A DNA stretch of 21,682 bases from Azolla caroliniana (Eukaryota; Plantae; Polypodiophyta): assembly GCA_043228905.1 (NCBI GenBank), contig JBHGNT010000525.1, positions 1 to 21,682 on the forward strand. Reading direction: 5' to 3'. Shown piece after piece: positions 21,001-21,682 of this stretch. A model generated the notes under the pieces. It was not told the origin of the DNA. It saw nothing but the letters and a program-made list of their open reading frames with translations, and did not search any database. A program made the position numbers and the translations under genes. The first letter of the stretch is position 1. The number at the start of each line of letters is the position of its first letter.

Positions 21001-21680
21001 ACCCACCAGTGCAAGTTGTAGACATCAGTATGTCTCAAATAATAATAGCAAGCATACCCTCCGGACAAGATCTGCTCCAAACAGAAATTTCCAATCTCTT
21101 TTGATATCAAACTCCAATCTCTTCGAACAATATCCAGACCTTTTTGTTCAATTATCTGTACATACATGCACCAAATTTAAACTAACAAATGACTAATAAT
21201 CCATAAACTGGAGCAAGGAGCACAGTCTGACCTCCTGAAAACTACCATCTCCATTAGACTGAATTTTAATCGCAGCATATTTCTTTTTCTTTAATAAAAG
21301 CATGCGTTTGAAAACCCCGTCCAAATCAATCTCCAAAAGCCTATATCTCTTGTTGACCTAATCATAAGGAGAAAAGCATGAGCTCTTTCAATTGGCATAA
21401 TTACAACAAACAACGGAAAAGCCTCCAAACCTCTTTGATCACTTTGGCAGCTATTGACCTGCACGTCTGAAGGTCATCTATCCCTGTGTGGATCATGATC
21501 GAGTCTGTGTCCCCATATATAACCTGGTAAAGGATTATTTTTCCATTCCGTCACGAAAGCACTTTCAATAATAGATCGAACATTCACCTATTTGATAACG
21601 ACAAGGAATCCAGTGATACACACCTCAAGATTTAAGCTGCCTTGAACAAGATCAACTGTATTTTGCAATATATCTCTGCC
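18003..21680 (-). CDS. POLA1: DNA polymerase alpha catalytic subunit, 3' part (last 15 coding exons, ~516 aa; 5' part outside window)
   Basis: Manually spliced exons (minus strand): 21680-21624, 21523-21431, 21357-21232, 21155-21058, 20969-20924, 20831-20718, 20634-20551, 20473-20363, 20286-20197, 20116-20034, 19963-19717, 19484-19431, 19253-19134, 18694-18620, 18155-18003 (TAA at 18005-18003). All 14 introns are GT..AG and the frame is continuous (1551 nt). The product reads [30 protein letters not shown] (family-B motif C), [62 protein letters not shown], CysA CPSC..CPKC, CysB CDDELC..CPNYPRC, and ends [14 protein letters not shown]. The first exon's upstream boundary is uncertain because the AG at 21682-21681 may be an acceptor or part of a Gln codon. 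Confidence 0.96.
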
Positions 21681-21682
21681 CT

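Noticed and set aside
19911-21196. Plus-strand ORFs overlapping POLA1 as an antisense gene
   Set aside because: They are short shadow ORFs spanning POLA1 exons and introns, with no independent coding signal.
18003-21682. Viral or Polinton/Maverick family-B polymerase associated with the TE cluster
   Set aside because: It has spliceosomal introns and Pol alpha-specific motifs and C-terminal Cys domain, so it is the host nuclear gene.

Overview
Eukaryotic land-plant genomic DNA. The TE families suggest a non-seed plant such as a fern (inference). The right end (18003-21682, minus strand) holds the last 15 coding exons of an intact DNA polymerase alpha catalytic subunit gene (POLA1/ICU2 orthologue): the YGDTDS active site, both C-terminal Cys motifs and 14 GT-AG introns. 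The gene runs off the window edge. The remaining ~17.3 kb, downstream of the gene, is mostly decayed, nested retroelements. These are three L1-type LINE fragments, an RTE-X-like LINE 3' end, two Ty1/Copia remnants, two Ty3/Gypsy remnants and several solo LTRs (two with readable 5-bp TSDs). There is also a 54-bp minisatellite inside an LTR, a ~160-bp-monomer satellite with A/B dimer structure, and GA/CT microsatellites. I found no CRISPR array, RNA gene or clearly novel multi-gene system. The most interesting signals concern TE lineage and nesting. All family assignments are motif recognition by eye, not database results.
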